A DNA stretch of 51,986 nt from an uncultured Bacteroidia bacterium (GCA_902790405.1 CADARW010000020.1:1-51986), one strand, 5' to 3'. Positions 18,979 to 27,529 are shown, numbered from the stretch's first letter. Numbers and translations: made by a program. Notes: a model not told the origin generated them from the letters alone.

Positions 18979-19173
18979 ATGAGGCTCTCAAAGAAACAGA
19001 AATTCAGGTTAGTTCTATCAGCATTGTCTTTCGTATTACTTCTGCTGGCTATTTTCAGTCATTATGATTATCTCTGGGTTAAATTACTCGCCATTCTTGC
19101 AAATGTCTTATTGATGGCCAGCATGCTAATCTCCTTTTTTGTCGTCAAGAAGCATCCCGAGAAGGATAAATGA
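18979..19173 (+). CDS. Possible small two-TM membrane protein
   Basis: 65 aa with two hydrophobic helices (LVLSALSFVLLLLAIF, LLAILANVLLMASMLISFFVV). No promoter box was found. Confidence 0.3.
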   Translation: MRLSKKQKFRLVLSALSFVLLLLAIFSHYDYLWVKLLAILANVLLMASMLISFFVVKKHPEKDK

Positions 19174-19514
19174 CCTTTTCGAAAGGTCCATCAAATTCGA
19201 ATTTGTCGGGCAGTTTAACATAAAATGATATGGAAGAGCATCGTGTTACGGTGTGACATCCCTTTTTTTCTTAAAATGACACGCAGCATCTCCTCCTCTT
19301 TATCGTATATTGTCATTCGCTGCTTGGTTTTTCTATTCGTATCCCTTTTTTTATATCTGCCGTATGACTCAATCAAAAAATATGTCGAATAACATTATTT
19401 TTCCTTTTTCGGAAAAACTTTTAAAATGCTTATTTTGCAAAAAATTTTTTTTGTGAAACGGGGTGTTTTGCCTTTCACATCTGATGGCAAAATGCTGTGA
19501 CACTTTTTTTTGAA

Positions 19515-21191
19515 ATGACAACAACAGCTATAATTTCAGCAATACTGACACTGCTTTCCGGTATCGGAATCTTCCTAATTGCGTGTCAGATGATGAGTAC
19601 AAATCTCGAGTCGGCAAGTTCTAGCAAACTGAAAAATCTATTTGCAAAAGCATCTAAGAGCAAACTCCTTGGAGTAGGAATAGGAGCGGTTGGAACAGCG
19701 GCAATCCAGAGTTCGGGTGCTACCACGGTGATGGTTATTGGTTTTGTGAATGCAGGAATAATCTCGCTTGCACAAGCGGCGACCATGATTTACGGAGCAA
19801 ACATTGGTACTACTATCACTGCGCAGATTGTTGCACTTGGTATGTTTGGCGAAAACGTGCTATCTACAACCGTAATTTTCTCGGCTTTTGCAGGCATTGG
19901 TGCTTTTGCAATGCTGTTCGCAAAAAGCGATTTCTGGAAGCGCATCGGCGGAATTTTCACTGGCTTCGGAATGCTGTTTGTCGGCTTGAGCCTCATGAGC
20001 TCCTCGATGTCGGATTTCGCCGAAATGGAAGCCGTAAAGACTTTCCTTGCAGGAATCAGCAATCCGATTCTGCTAGTGCTTATCGGTGCAATTTTCACAG
20101 CCATCATCCAAAGTTCGTCGGTGATGACATCCATTGCGCTTGCCATGGTGGTGACAGGACTTGTTACTCTCGACCAAGGTATTTTCCTTACAATTGGTTC
20201 TAATGTTGGTTCTTGCGTTGTGGCAATTGTTGCTGGTGTTACGAGCGGACGAAATGCACAGCGTACTGCATTGATTCACTTGATATTCAACGTCAGCGGT
20301 GCAGTTTTGTTCCTTGTAGCAGCATTTGTCATGGGACTATTTTCCGACGACATGAGTTTCGGTGCTATTTTCAATCGCATGTTCCCCGGTGTTCCGCAGG
20401 TGCAGCTTGCAATGTTCCATACGATATTCAATGTCGCTACCGTGATAATAGTTCTTCCGCTGACCGGTGCACTCGTGAAGTTGGTTTGCAAGATGATTCC
20501 CGACAAGGTAGAAACCGATCCCGACAGTCCACGCTTATTCTTTGTCGACGACAACATGCTGAAGACTCCGCCTGTAGCTGTGCAGCAGACCAAGCGTGAA
20601 ATCGAAAATATGGCAAAGATCGCCATCGGCAACTTCAACCGCTCGCTGGACATTGTGACCAAGTTGGATTTCTCGGAGAAAGACAAGTTCGCAAAGGACG
20701 AGAACCAGCTTAATTTCTTGAACTCGGCAATAATCGATTATGTTGTGAAGCTTTCTAAAATGCGTCAGCTTAGCGAAAAGGACCACAACTACCTCACCAC
20801 TACTTTCCGCAGCGTCCGCGACATTGAGCGTATAGGCGATTATGCCGAAAATATTGTCGAATATGCAGGTATGTTAAAGGATACCGGCGAAAAGTTTTCG
20901 TCGCAGGCAGTAGAGGAGATAGAGAATGTCCGTACTCTCATCAACGAGTTGTACGACAAGATAATGAAGGCATATTCCGATGAGGATTTCGCAGCGTATT
21001 CTGAAGCTGAAAAGGTTGAGGATAAAATTGACGAATATACCAAGCACATGGAAACCAGTCATATCGCACGAATGTCGCTCGGGCTTTGTTCTCCAAATGC
21101 TGGTGCAGAGTATCTGTCGTTGTCGTCAAATGCCGAACGTGTTGCCGACCACCTCATAAATGTTGGAAAATCGATACGAAGGTTAGAGTAG
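19515..21191 (+). CDS. Na+/phosphate cotransporter (NptA-type) with C-terminal PhoU-like domains
   Basis: Duplicated Na/Pi motifs (GTAAIQSSGATTVM and TAIIQSSSVMTS). The C-terminal half is helical with PhoU-like RDIERIGDYAENI and NAERVADHLINV. Confidence 0.9.
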   Translation: MTTTAIISAILTLLSGIGIFLIACQMMSTNLESASSSKLKNLFAKASKSKLLGVGIGAVGTAAIQSSGATTVMVIGFVNAGIISLAQAATMIYGANIGTTITAQIVALGMFGENVLSTTVIFSAFAGIGAFAMLFAKSDFWKRIGGIFTGFGMLFVGLSLMSSSMSDFAEMEAVKTFLAGISNPILLVLIGAIFTAIIQSSSVMTSIALAMVVTGLVTLDQGIFLTIGSNVGSCVVAIVAGVTSGRNAQRTALIHLIFNVSGAVLFLVAAFVMGLFSDDMSFGAIFNRMFPGVPQVQLAMFHTIFNVATVIIVLPLTGALVKLVCKMIPDKVETDPDSPRLFFVDDNMLKTPPVAVQQTKREIENMAKIAIGNFNRSLDIVTKLDFSEKDKFAKDENQLNFLNSAIIDYVVKLSKMRQLSEKDHNYLTTTFRSVRDIERIGDYAENIVEYAGMLKDTGEKFSSQAVEEIENVRTLINELYDKIMKAYSDEDFAAYSEAEKVEDKIDEYTKHMETSHIARMSLGLCSPNAGAEYLSLSSNAERVADHLINVGKSIRRLE

Positions 21192-21208
21192 GAAAACAAT
21201 TTTTTGTG

Positions 21209-21216
21209 TAAATTTG
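21209..21216 (+). promoter_or_regulatory. -7 promoter box TAAATTTG for the 21.2-26.3 kb operon
   Basis: It matches TAnnTTTG and lies 32 nt upstream of the TTG at 21248. Confidence 0.45.
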
Positions 21217-21247
21217 TCCATTAATTTTTTTTTCTAAAGACGAAGAT

Positions 21248-21565
21248 TTGCGGTTTAAGTTGAGGCTTTCAATAGAGGAGACAGTAGAGAATGTTGTTCA
21301 GTATGCCTACAAGGATGGTATTGGCTGGATGGAAGTAGGCACAGCCCTCGAAAAAAATGGTTTGACACTTACAATTACCTTGAAGGATGCTGGCAAACCG
21401 TTTAATCCGCTTGAAAAAAGCGATCCGGACATCAATCTTCCACTCGAAGAGCGGGAAATCGGCGGTTTGGGCATTTATCTGTGCAAGCAACTTATGGACG
21501 AGGTCCTGTATCGCTACGAGGATGGATGTAACATATTGACAATGAAGAAGGAAATCTCTAAATAA
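21248..21565 (+). CDS. RsbW/SpoIIAB-like HATPase (anti-sigma-type Ser kinase), N-terminally short, TTG start
   Basis: N box EETVENVVQYAY, G1-like LKDAGKPFNP, G2 GGLGIYL. There is an in-frame stop at 21209-21211 and no in-frame ATG before the N box. About 35-40 aa that normally precede the N box are missing. Confidence 0.65.
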   Translation: MRFKLRLSIEETVENVVQYAYKDGIGWMEVGTALEKNGLTLTITLKDAGKPFNPLEKSDPDINLPLEEREIGGLGIYLCKQLMDEVLYRYEDGCNILTMKKEISK

Positions 21566-21573
21566 CAGTCGCT

Positions 21574-23478
21574 ATGCTTAATTCAAAATCAAAATCATTT
21601 TCAACAAGGTTAAGCCTTAATGTACTGTTGATTGTTACAATCCTTTTTGTTATTGTGCTGGGCATTGTTGCTGTATCTTCCCACATGCTTATTTCCGATG
21701 AGGCCAAGCGAAGTGCATCCAACATACTGAAAGCCACAATACTCGATGTGGAAAAAACTTTGCAGTCTGTAGAGTCCACCGTGAAAGACGCTTCGTGGCT
21801 GGCTAAGGAAAACGACAAAGATGAGAAATACCTATACCACATTACAAGCAAGGTTGTTGAGGAAAATTCATACATCATAGGCAGTGCCATTGCTTTCGAC
21901 TCATGCTATTTTGAAGGTCGGCATTTCTTTTCTCCGTATTCCTACGAGGATGCTGAGACTGGTGAACTAAAAAGCAAGGAACTAGGCACCGAAACAAACG
22001 ACTACTTTACTCAGGAATGGTACAGCGAACCTAAGAACACTGGCAATCCGCACTGGAGCGAACCATATTTCGATGTTGGCGGTGGAGAGCAGATGATGAC
22101 AACATACAGTTATCCGATAAAAGACTCTACCGGCCGTGTTTATGCCATTATCACTGCCGACATTTCGCTTGATTGGCTTTCGGAAAAGGTTTCCGCCATA
22201 CATCCATACGAGCATTCACAAACAATACTCATTAGCGCGCAAGGCAGATTTCTTACATCTGGTTCGGAATTTAATCTCGCAGGCGAATCGGCAATTGATG
22301 TAGCCGACACTTTGTTTAACGGGAGTTTAATGGAAATATCGAGGAACATGGTTGCTGGCGATAGCGGAACAATGCGCTTTTCTACCAGACGTGGATTAGC
22401 GTTTGCCGTATATGCACCTCTCGATAACGGCTGGTCGATGTCAATAACCTGCCAGTACAGCGAAGTGCTGGAACGCACTTCGCAAATGCACCTTGTACTT
22501 ATCATAGTCGGGCTTTTAGGGTTGCTGATAATGTTCATAATATGCTATCGCATAATACGGAAACTAACGCAACCGATTAAAGATTTTTCTGTCTCTGCTC
22601 TGAATATCGCAAATGGTGATTTCCATACCCAGCTTCCTGAGGTTAAGTCGAATGATGAGATACTAACACTACGCGACTCGTTGGCGTTTATGCAGCAGTC
22701 ATTGGTGACATACCTTGAGCAAATTGAATCGGTAACATCGGCAAAGAAGCGTATGGAAACTCAATTATACATCGGTCAGAAAATACAGGAGGGAATGTTG
22801 CCGAAGAATTTTCCCAACGACAGCCGATGTGCACTTAATGCGAAGGTGGTTCCTGCCAAGGAAGTCGGTGGCGACCTGTACGACTTTACCATCAACGGCA
22901 ATCGCCTTAATTTCTCGGTGGGCGATGTTTCGGACAAGGGTGTGCCTGCAGCTTTTGTGATGGCAATTACGAGGGTGATGTGTCACCTGTTTGCCGATTT
23001 GGGACTGCCGGTTAAGGATGTGGCTACTAGGATAAACAACAGCATTGCCAAGAGCAACGACGCAAATATGTTCGTCACCTTGTTTTTCGGCTGCATCGAC
23101 CTTGAAACCAAGAAGATGGAATTCTGCAATGCAGGACACAACCCGATAATTGTCATTCCTCCCGACGAAAAACCGTATTATCTCAAGGCAAATCCAAATA
23201 TGGCTGTAGGTGTATGGAATGGATTTGAATACAAGTCTGAAAGTTTGGATTTGCGTCCTGGAACCAAGCTTCTGCTTTACACCGACGGTGTAACCGAAGC
23301 AGAAAAAGCCGACAAGGAACAATTTGGTGAAGAACGGCTTCTGCAACTGGCATCAAAGCCCGAATTCAGAAATCTAAATCCCGATGAAATGGTTTTGACA
23401 GTACACAATGCTGTAACCGATTTTGCCAGTGGTAACGAACAGAACGATGACATAACAATTTTTGCAATAACAATATAA
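21574..23478 (+). CDS. Membrane sensor phosphatase: TM-Cache-TM-HAMP-PP2C (SpoIIE/RsbU family)
   Basis: Two TM segments flank a Cache-like domain (FSPYSYED...HWSEPYFD...YSYPIKD). A HAMP segment follows. PP2C motifs are GGDLYDF, GDVSDKG, NAGHNP, LYTDGVTEA and NDDITIFA. Confidence 0.9.
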   Translation: MLNSKSKSFSTRLSLNVLLIVTILFVIVLGIVAVSSHMLISDEAKRSASNILKATILDVEKTLQSVESTVKDASWLAKENDKDEKYLYHITSKVVEENSYIIGSAIAFDSCYFEGRHFFSPYSYEDAETGELKSKELGTETNDYFTQEWYSEPKNTGNPHWSEPYFDVGGGEQMMTTYSYPIKDSTGRVYAIITADISLDWLSEKVSAIHPYEHSQTILISAQGRFLTSGSEFNLAGESAIDVADTLFNGSLMEISRNMVAGDSGTMRFSTRRGLAFAVYAPLDNGWSMSITCQYSEVLERTSQMHLVLIIVGLLGLLIMFIICYRIIRKLTQPIKDFSVSALNIANGDFHTQLPEVKSNDEILTLRDSLAFMQQSLVTYLEQIESVTSAKKRMETQLYIGQKIQEGMLPKNFPNDSRCALNAKVVPAKEVGGDLYDFTINGNRLNFSVGDVSDKGVPAAFVMAITRVMCHLFADLGLPVKDVATRINNSIAKSNDANMFVTLFFGCIDLETKKMEFCNAGHNPIIVIPPDEKPYYLKANPNMAVGVWNGFEYKSESLDLRPGTKLLLYTDGVTEAEKADKEQFGEERLLQLASKPEFRNLNPDEMVLTVHNAVTDFASGNEQNDDITIFAITI

Positions 23479-23484
23479 GTATTT

Positions 23485-23787
23485 ATGGAAGTTAATATTG
23501 AAAATACTGGAAACAAGACATTTGTAGTTTTGAACGGACGACTTGACACGACAACCGCCGACAAGTTCATGCAGGACATTACTCCGCTTATGCAAGGAGA
23601 TAATCCCGACATTGAAATTGACTGCACAGGTTTGGAATACACATCGAGCCAAGGACTCCGTATGTTCCTTATGCTCCAGAAAAGTGTGACGGCACGTAAG
23701 GGTAACCTCGTGATGCGCAATATGAAACCAAATGTAAAGGAAGTGTTCGACATCACAGGTTTCTCGAACATAATTAAGATAGTTTAA
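23485..23787 (+). CDS. STAS-domain anti-sigma-factor antagonist (RsbV/SpoIIAA-like)
   Basis: 100 aa. LNGRLDTTTA...DCTGLEYTSSQGLRMFL contains the conserved phosphorylatable Ser context. It starts 6 nt after the phosphatase gene. Confidence 0.85.
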   Translation: MEVNIENTGNKTFVVLNGRLDTTTADKFMQDITPLMQGDNPDIEIDCTGLEYTSSQGLRMFLMLQKSVTARKGNLVMRNMKPNVKEVFDITGFSNIIKIV

Positions 23788-23808
23788 TTTTTAGCCACAG
23801 GCTTGAAT

Positions 23809-24894
23809 ATGGAATACAATCTTGACTTTCACTGTCAGATGATTCTTGACGAATATCGCGAGAATTTGGCGATATTTGAAAAGATGAAGGAAATCGTGCG
23901 AGCACAACTCGAAAAGTGCGTCGCCGACAACAATATATATGTTACTGCAATAGAGTCGAGAATAAAGACAGAAAACAGTCTCGCCGGTAAGTTGGAACTC
24001 AAGGGGTATAAGTACAAGGCTCTCTCGGACATTACCGACATTTTAGGCACTCGTGTCATTACCTTCTATTCTGAGGAAGTTGACAAGATTTCGGCTCTCA
24101 TCGACAAGGTTTTCGAAGTCGATTGGGAAAACTCGGTAGATAAGCGCAAGGCTCTCGATCTCGACCAGTTCGGATATATGTCGCTGCACTACATCTGTCG
24201 TATACCAAAGTCGCTGTACTACGATGCCGAACATCCCGAAATAAACGATTTCCGCTTCGAAATACAGATGCGCACCGCCCTGCAGCATGTGTGGGCTACA
24301 ATGTACCACGACACAGGCTACAAGTCGGGCATTGAGGTACCAAAGGAGCATCTACGCAATATGAACCGCCTTGCCGGTATGCTAGAACTTGCCGACGAGC
24401 AGTTTAGTCGCATACGCAAGGAAATCACCGACTATCGTCGCAATGTGCAGTCGTTGGTTACCGACGGTAACTTCGACGAAGTGCCTCTCGACAGCGACAC
24501 CTTCCGCAGCTACCTCACTATGAAGCCTTTCAAGAAGCTAATCGACAAGATTGCAACCATCAATCAGGCCGAAATCTACGAGGACAACCTAATGCGCTAC
24601 TTGACAACGCTGATAAAGATGAACTTCCGAACTCTTGGTGATTTGCAACGGCTTATAAAGGACTGCAGTGACGATGCATACAAACTTGCACTTCATCAGC
24701 TTTCGTCGACAGATCTCGACATTCTGGCGCTGTCGGTGGCATTGCAGAACCTTTGCATAGTGTATATAGTAAAGAATGGAGGCGGTGAAATCGGTCTGCG
24801 AATGTTCTACGATTCCGTTTTTGGAAAGTCGGACTACAACATCGAGCACGCACGGCGCACATTCGAACAGGTGTCGAAAATTAATATAAAGTAG
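23809..24894 (+). CDS. RelA/SpoT-domain nucleotide pyrophosphokinase (small alarmone synthetase type) with a ~150 aa helical C-terminal extension
   Basis: Motifs are RIKTENSLAGKL, DILGTRVITFY, ENSVDKRKALDLDQFGYMSLHY and FEIQMRTALQHVWATMYHDTGYK. There is no HD, TGS or ACT domain. Confidence 0.85.
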   Translation: MEYNLDFHCQMILDEYRENLAIFEKMKEIVRAQLEKCVADNNIYVTAIESRIKTENSLAGKLELKGYKYKALSDITDILGTRVITFYSEEVDKISALIDKVFEVDWENSVDKRKALDLDQFGYMSLHYICRIPKSLYYDAEHPEINDFRFEIQMRTALQHVWATMYHDTGYKSGIEVPKEHLRNMNRLAGMLELADEQFSRIRKEITDYRRNVQSLVTDGNFDEVPLDSDTFRSYLTMKPFKKLIDKIATINQAEIYEDNLMRYLTTLIKMNFRTLGDLQRLIKDCSDDAYKLALHQLSSTDLDILALSVALQNLCIVYIVKNGGGEIGLRMFYDSVFGKSDYNIEHARRTFEQVSKINIK

Positions 24895-24905
24895 AAAGTA
24901 AATTT

Positions 24906-26315
24906 ATGGCAAACAAATATATAGACACATCCATCCTCGACAAGGCAATGCATTTTGCAATTGATGCACACGCCAATACCGAACGTCGAGGAAAGGGTTT
25001 CCCATACTCGGTACACTTAATGGAAGCGGTGGAGATAGCCGCAACAATAACTTCTGATCAGGAAATACTTGCCGCAGCAGCATTGCACGATACAATTGAA
25101 GATACAGATGTAACATTGAAGCAGTTGCGCGAGGAATTTGGCAATAGGATTGCAGCTTTGGTAGAAGCCGAAAGCGATAAGTTTGCAAATGGCTTTTCGG
25201 AGCGGGACAGTTGGACTGACCGAAAAAAGGCAGCCCTGGAAAGGCTCGCCAATGCTCCATACGATGCAAAAATTGTGGCTATGGGCGACAAACTCTCGAA
25301 TATGCGCGCCATCGCCCGCGACTACGAGCGTATTGGCGACGAGCTTTGGAAAATCTTCCATGCACCAAATGGCAAATCCGACCACGAATGGCGCTACCGC
25401 GAACTGGCAGTAGCACTTTTCGACCTTGCTGGAACTCCTGCATACCGCGAATTTATTACTCTGCTTGAAAAGACGTTCGGACAGAAGGATTTCGGTGAGC
25501 CAGCAAAAATCAACCTCGCAGACTATGAGCGTAGTGGCGAAGGCTTCAATGCCGAAAGTTACAACCATAAGGGTGGACGCACAATGATAAAGTTGTACGC
25601 CGAATCGGTATCGCCCGAAATGCCGTTGCGCGAACTTCGCACTGCAATGAATGTTTTCCGTATGGGACTGCCTACGCCTATGCCAGGACGCTTTGTCACC
25701 GATGGCAAGAGGTACGGTTGCGAGTTTGGTCGTATTGTCGATAAGAAGTCGTTTGCAAGGGCAATATCCGAGAATCCCGACAGTATGAAAAGATATGCAG
25801 CCGAATTTGCCCGTATGTGCAGGCAGTTGCATTCTACGGTTTGCAATCCTGCTGTTTTCCCGTCGGCAGTCGAAATGTCTTGCAGGGCAGTTGAAAATGC
25901 AGAAATTTTCACCGACGACGAGAAGAAAAAGGTTCTCGATTTTGTGAAAAGCATACCACCAGCAACGACTTGTCTCCACGGCGACTTGCATATCGGCAAT
26001 ATTCTCGATTCTAGTTTCGGCAACCTGTGGATTGACCTTGCCGATTTCAGCTATGGCAATCCATTGTTCGACTTTGGCATGATGTACCTTGTCTGCAGGT
26101 GCAATCCCGACGACTTGACAAAGAAGCTATATCATATCGACAATGCGGCAATGCTCAAGTTCTGGGAGATGTTTGCCTGCGAATATTTTGGTACCGATAC
26201 TCCCGAAAAGCTCGCCAAAGTAGAAAATAAACTTCGCCCGTTTGCAGCTTTGAAGATGCTGTATTTCGGAATTAAGGGCTACGACAATTTCATAAGGGAA
26301 AGCTTGCTGGGATAA
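24906..26315 (+). CDS. Fusion of a SpoT/Mesh1-type HD alarmone hydrolase domain with an APH/choline-kinase-like phosphotransferase domain
   Basis: The N-terminal part has YSVHLMEAV, ALHDTIEDT, VEAESD and GDKLSN, the (p)ppGpp-hydrolase HD signature. The C-terminal part has CLHGDLHIGNIL and WIDLADFSYGNPLFDFG, the APH catalytic loop and DxD. Confidence 0.8.
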   Translation: MANKYIDTSILDKAMHFAIDAHANTERRGKGFPYSVHLMEAVEIAATITSDQEILAAAALHDTIEDTDVTLKQLREEFGNRIAALVEAESDKFANGFSERDSWTDRKKAALERLANAPYDAKIVAMGDKLSNMRAIARDYERIGDELWKIFHAPNGKSDHEWRYRELAVALFDLAGTPAYREFITLLEKTFGQKDFGEPAKINLADYERSGEGFNAESYNHKGGRTMIKLYAESVSPEMPLRELRTAMNVFRMGLPTPMPGRFVTDGKRYGCEFGRIVDKKSFARAISENPDSMKRYAAEFARMCRQLHSTVCNPAVFPSAVEMSCRAVENAEIFTDDEKKKVLDFVKSIPPATTCLHGDLHIGNILDSSFGNLWIDLADFSYGNPLFDFGMMYLVCRCNPDDLTKKLYHIDNAAMLKFWEMFACEYFGTDTPEKLAKVENKLRPFAALKMLYFGIKGYDNFIRESLLG

Positions 26316-26668
26316 CGCTACGCAGTTTCAATGGCTGCGCCGTTTGAATGCCTTCGGCGTTTCTATGTGCTTCGCACGTTTGAATGGCTGACGCCGTTTG
26401 AATGCCTTCGGCGTTTCTATGGCTACGCCGTTTGAATGGCTACGCCGTTTCTGTGGCTGCGCCGTTTCTCGCTTCGCGTTTCAATGGCTTCGCCGTTTGA
26501 ATGGCTACGCCGTTTCTGTGGCTGCGCCGTTTCTCGCTTCGCGTTTCAATGGCTGCGCCGTTTCTCGCTTCGCTGTTTCTATGCCTTCGGCGTTCCTAAG
26601 TTTGTGTCTTGCAGGCTTAAAGCCTTTTAGCCTTCCAGCCCAAGGGGTTCAATGGCTTCGCCGTTTCT
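26316..26668. repeat. Degenerate tandem array with a ~15-19 nt period, ~18 units, consensus GGCNNCGCC-GTTT(C/G)(A/T)AT
   Basis: It starts on the base after the TAA at 26313-26315. Each unit holds a GGC-NNN-GCC or GCC-TTC-GGC mini-hairpin followed by GTTT. An exact 64 nt block occurs at 26426-26489 and again at 26491-26554 (65 nt period). A second higher-order period of 54 nt is seen at 26342 and 26396. A solitary unit lies at 26648-26668. Confidence 0.9.
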
Positions 26669-26693
26669 AGGTTTTATGCTGTTTGCGGATAAT

Positions 26694-26722
26694 AAAAAAG
26701 GAGCTGAAAATAAATCAGCCCC
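26694..26722 (-). terminator. Rho-independent terminator of the 26747-27529 gene
   Basis: The minus strand reads GGGGCTGA-tttatttt-TCAGCTCC followed by TTTTTT. Confidence 0.6.
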
Positions 26723-26746
26723 TTTCCTATAAAAAGATTTTTAACC

Positions 26747-27529
26747 TTATTCGTTTTTCTTTTTCGGCATTTTCTTTCTTGCCTTAGCCGATGCAAACGC
26801 TCCGAGTATCACAACGCAGAATACGATTGCACCGTACATGCATTCTATCGAAAGCATTATCAGCGCCTCGATGCCGAGGAAGAACACCAATGCGATTGCC
26901 ACGCCCCATGCGCTCTTTGTGCGTACACAGTCGAGAACCATCTTTACAAGGCAGAAAAGTATCATCACTATCTGGCTGCCGAACAATACCCACGAGCAAG
27001 CCGATGCCGAAGCCTTTGCGATGTAAACGATAACGCTTGCTGCAAGTCCTGCGAGAGCAACTACTGTTCCCCATTTCCATTCTTTCCACTTCTTGCCTTC
27101 GCTAAGTCCTGCGTGTACCGACATCTGGGCAGTAACCTGCATTACGGCGCAAATCATCCAGTAAACAACCAGCACAAGTCCTACAAGACCAAGAATTGCA
27201 AGTCCCCAGTCGCCAACTACATCGTAGTCGCAGAACCAGCCAATGCATGGTTTCTCGCCATATCTGTCAACGGTTGGCAAATCGGCCATGAAGCAGTAGT
27301 AATATATTGAAACCAAGGTAATTCCGAACAATGTGTACAAAATCGGATAGAACTTGGCTTTGTCCCTGTAGCGGATTTGGAAGTTTACCAGCTCCATGAA
27401 TGCTGCCATGATAAAAATGAATATCAAAAGTCCCAACGGATTGATGCCAAGAGGGTTGGAGTGGTGCAGGTTAAGAAGTTCCGGAATGTTCGTAACCGGA
27501 GATTCGCTTAGTCTTTCTATAAAATTCAT
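26747..27529 (-). CDS. Multi-pass membrane protein, function unknown
   Basis: 260 aa with about 7 hydrophobic helices and a basic C-terminal tail KARKKMPKKKNE. A -7 box (CAAAAATA on the plus strand, 27618-27625) lies upstream. Confidence 0.7.
   Translation of the reverse strand: MNFIERLSESPVTNIPELLNLHHSNPLGINPLGLLIFIFIMAAFMELVNFQIRYRDKAKFYPILYTLFGITLVSIYYYCFMADLPTVDRYGEKPCIGWFCDYDVVGDWGLAILGLVGLVLVVYWMICAVMQVTAQMSVHAGLSEGKKWKEWKWGTVVALAGLAASVIVYIAKASASACSWVLFGSQIVMILFCLVKMVLDCVRTKSAWGVAIALVFFLGIEALIMLSIECMYGAIVFCVVILGAFASAKARKKMPKKKNE

Noticed and set aside
25017-25991. 324 aa antisense ORF opposite the HD-APH gene, and similar ones (22765-23346, 47742-48626, 29592-30182, 9925-10623, 7314-7796, 51092-51619)
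   Set aside because: Each overlaps a sense-strand gene with clear catalytic motifs. Their translations lack any recognisable domain and have atypical composition.
26316-26668. Possible CRISPR array
   Set aside because: The units are only 15-19 nt and directly abut one another without unique spacers. There is no leader and there are no cas genes in the window.
26398-26670. ORFs 26398-26670 and 26436-26630 (MATPFEWLRRF... repeats)
   Set aside because: They are translations of the ~17 nt tandem array. The period is not divisible by 3, so the 'protein repeats' drift between frames. There is no start context.
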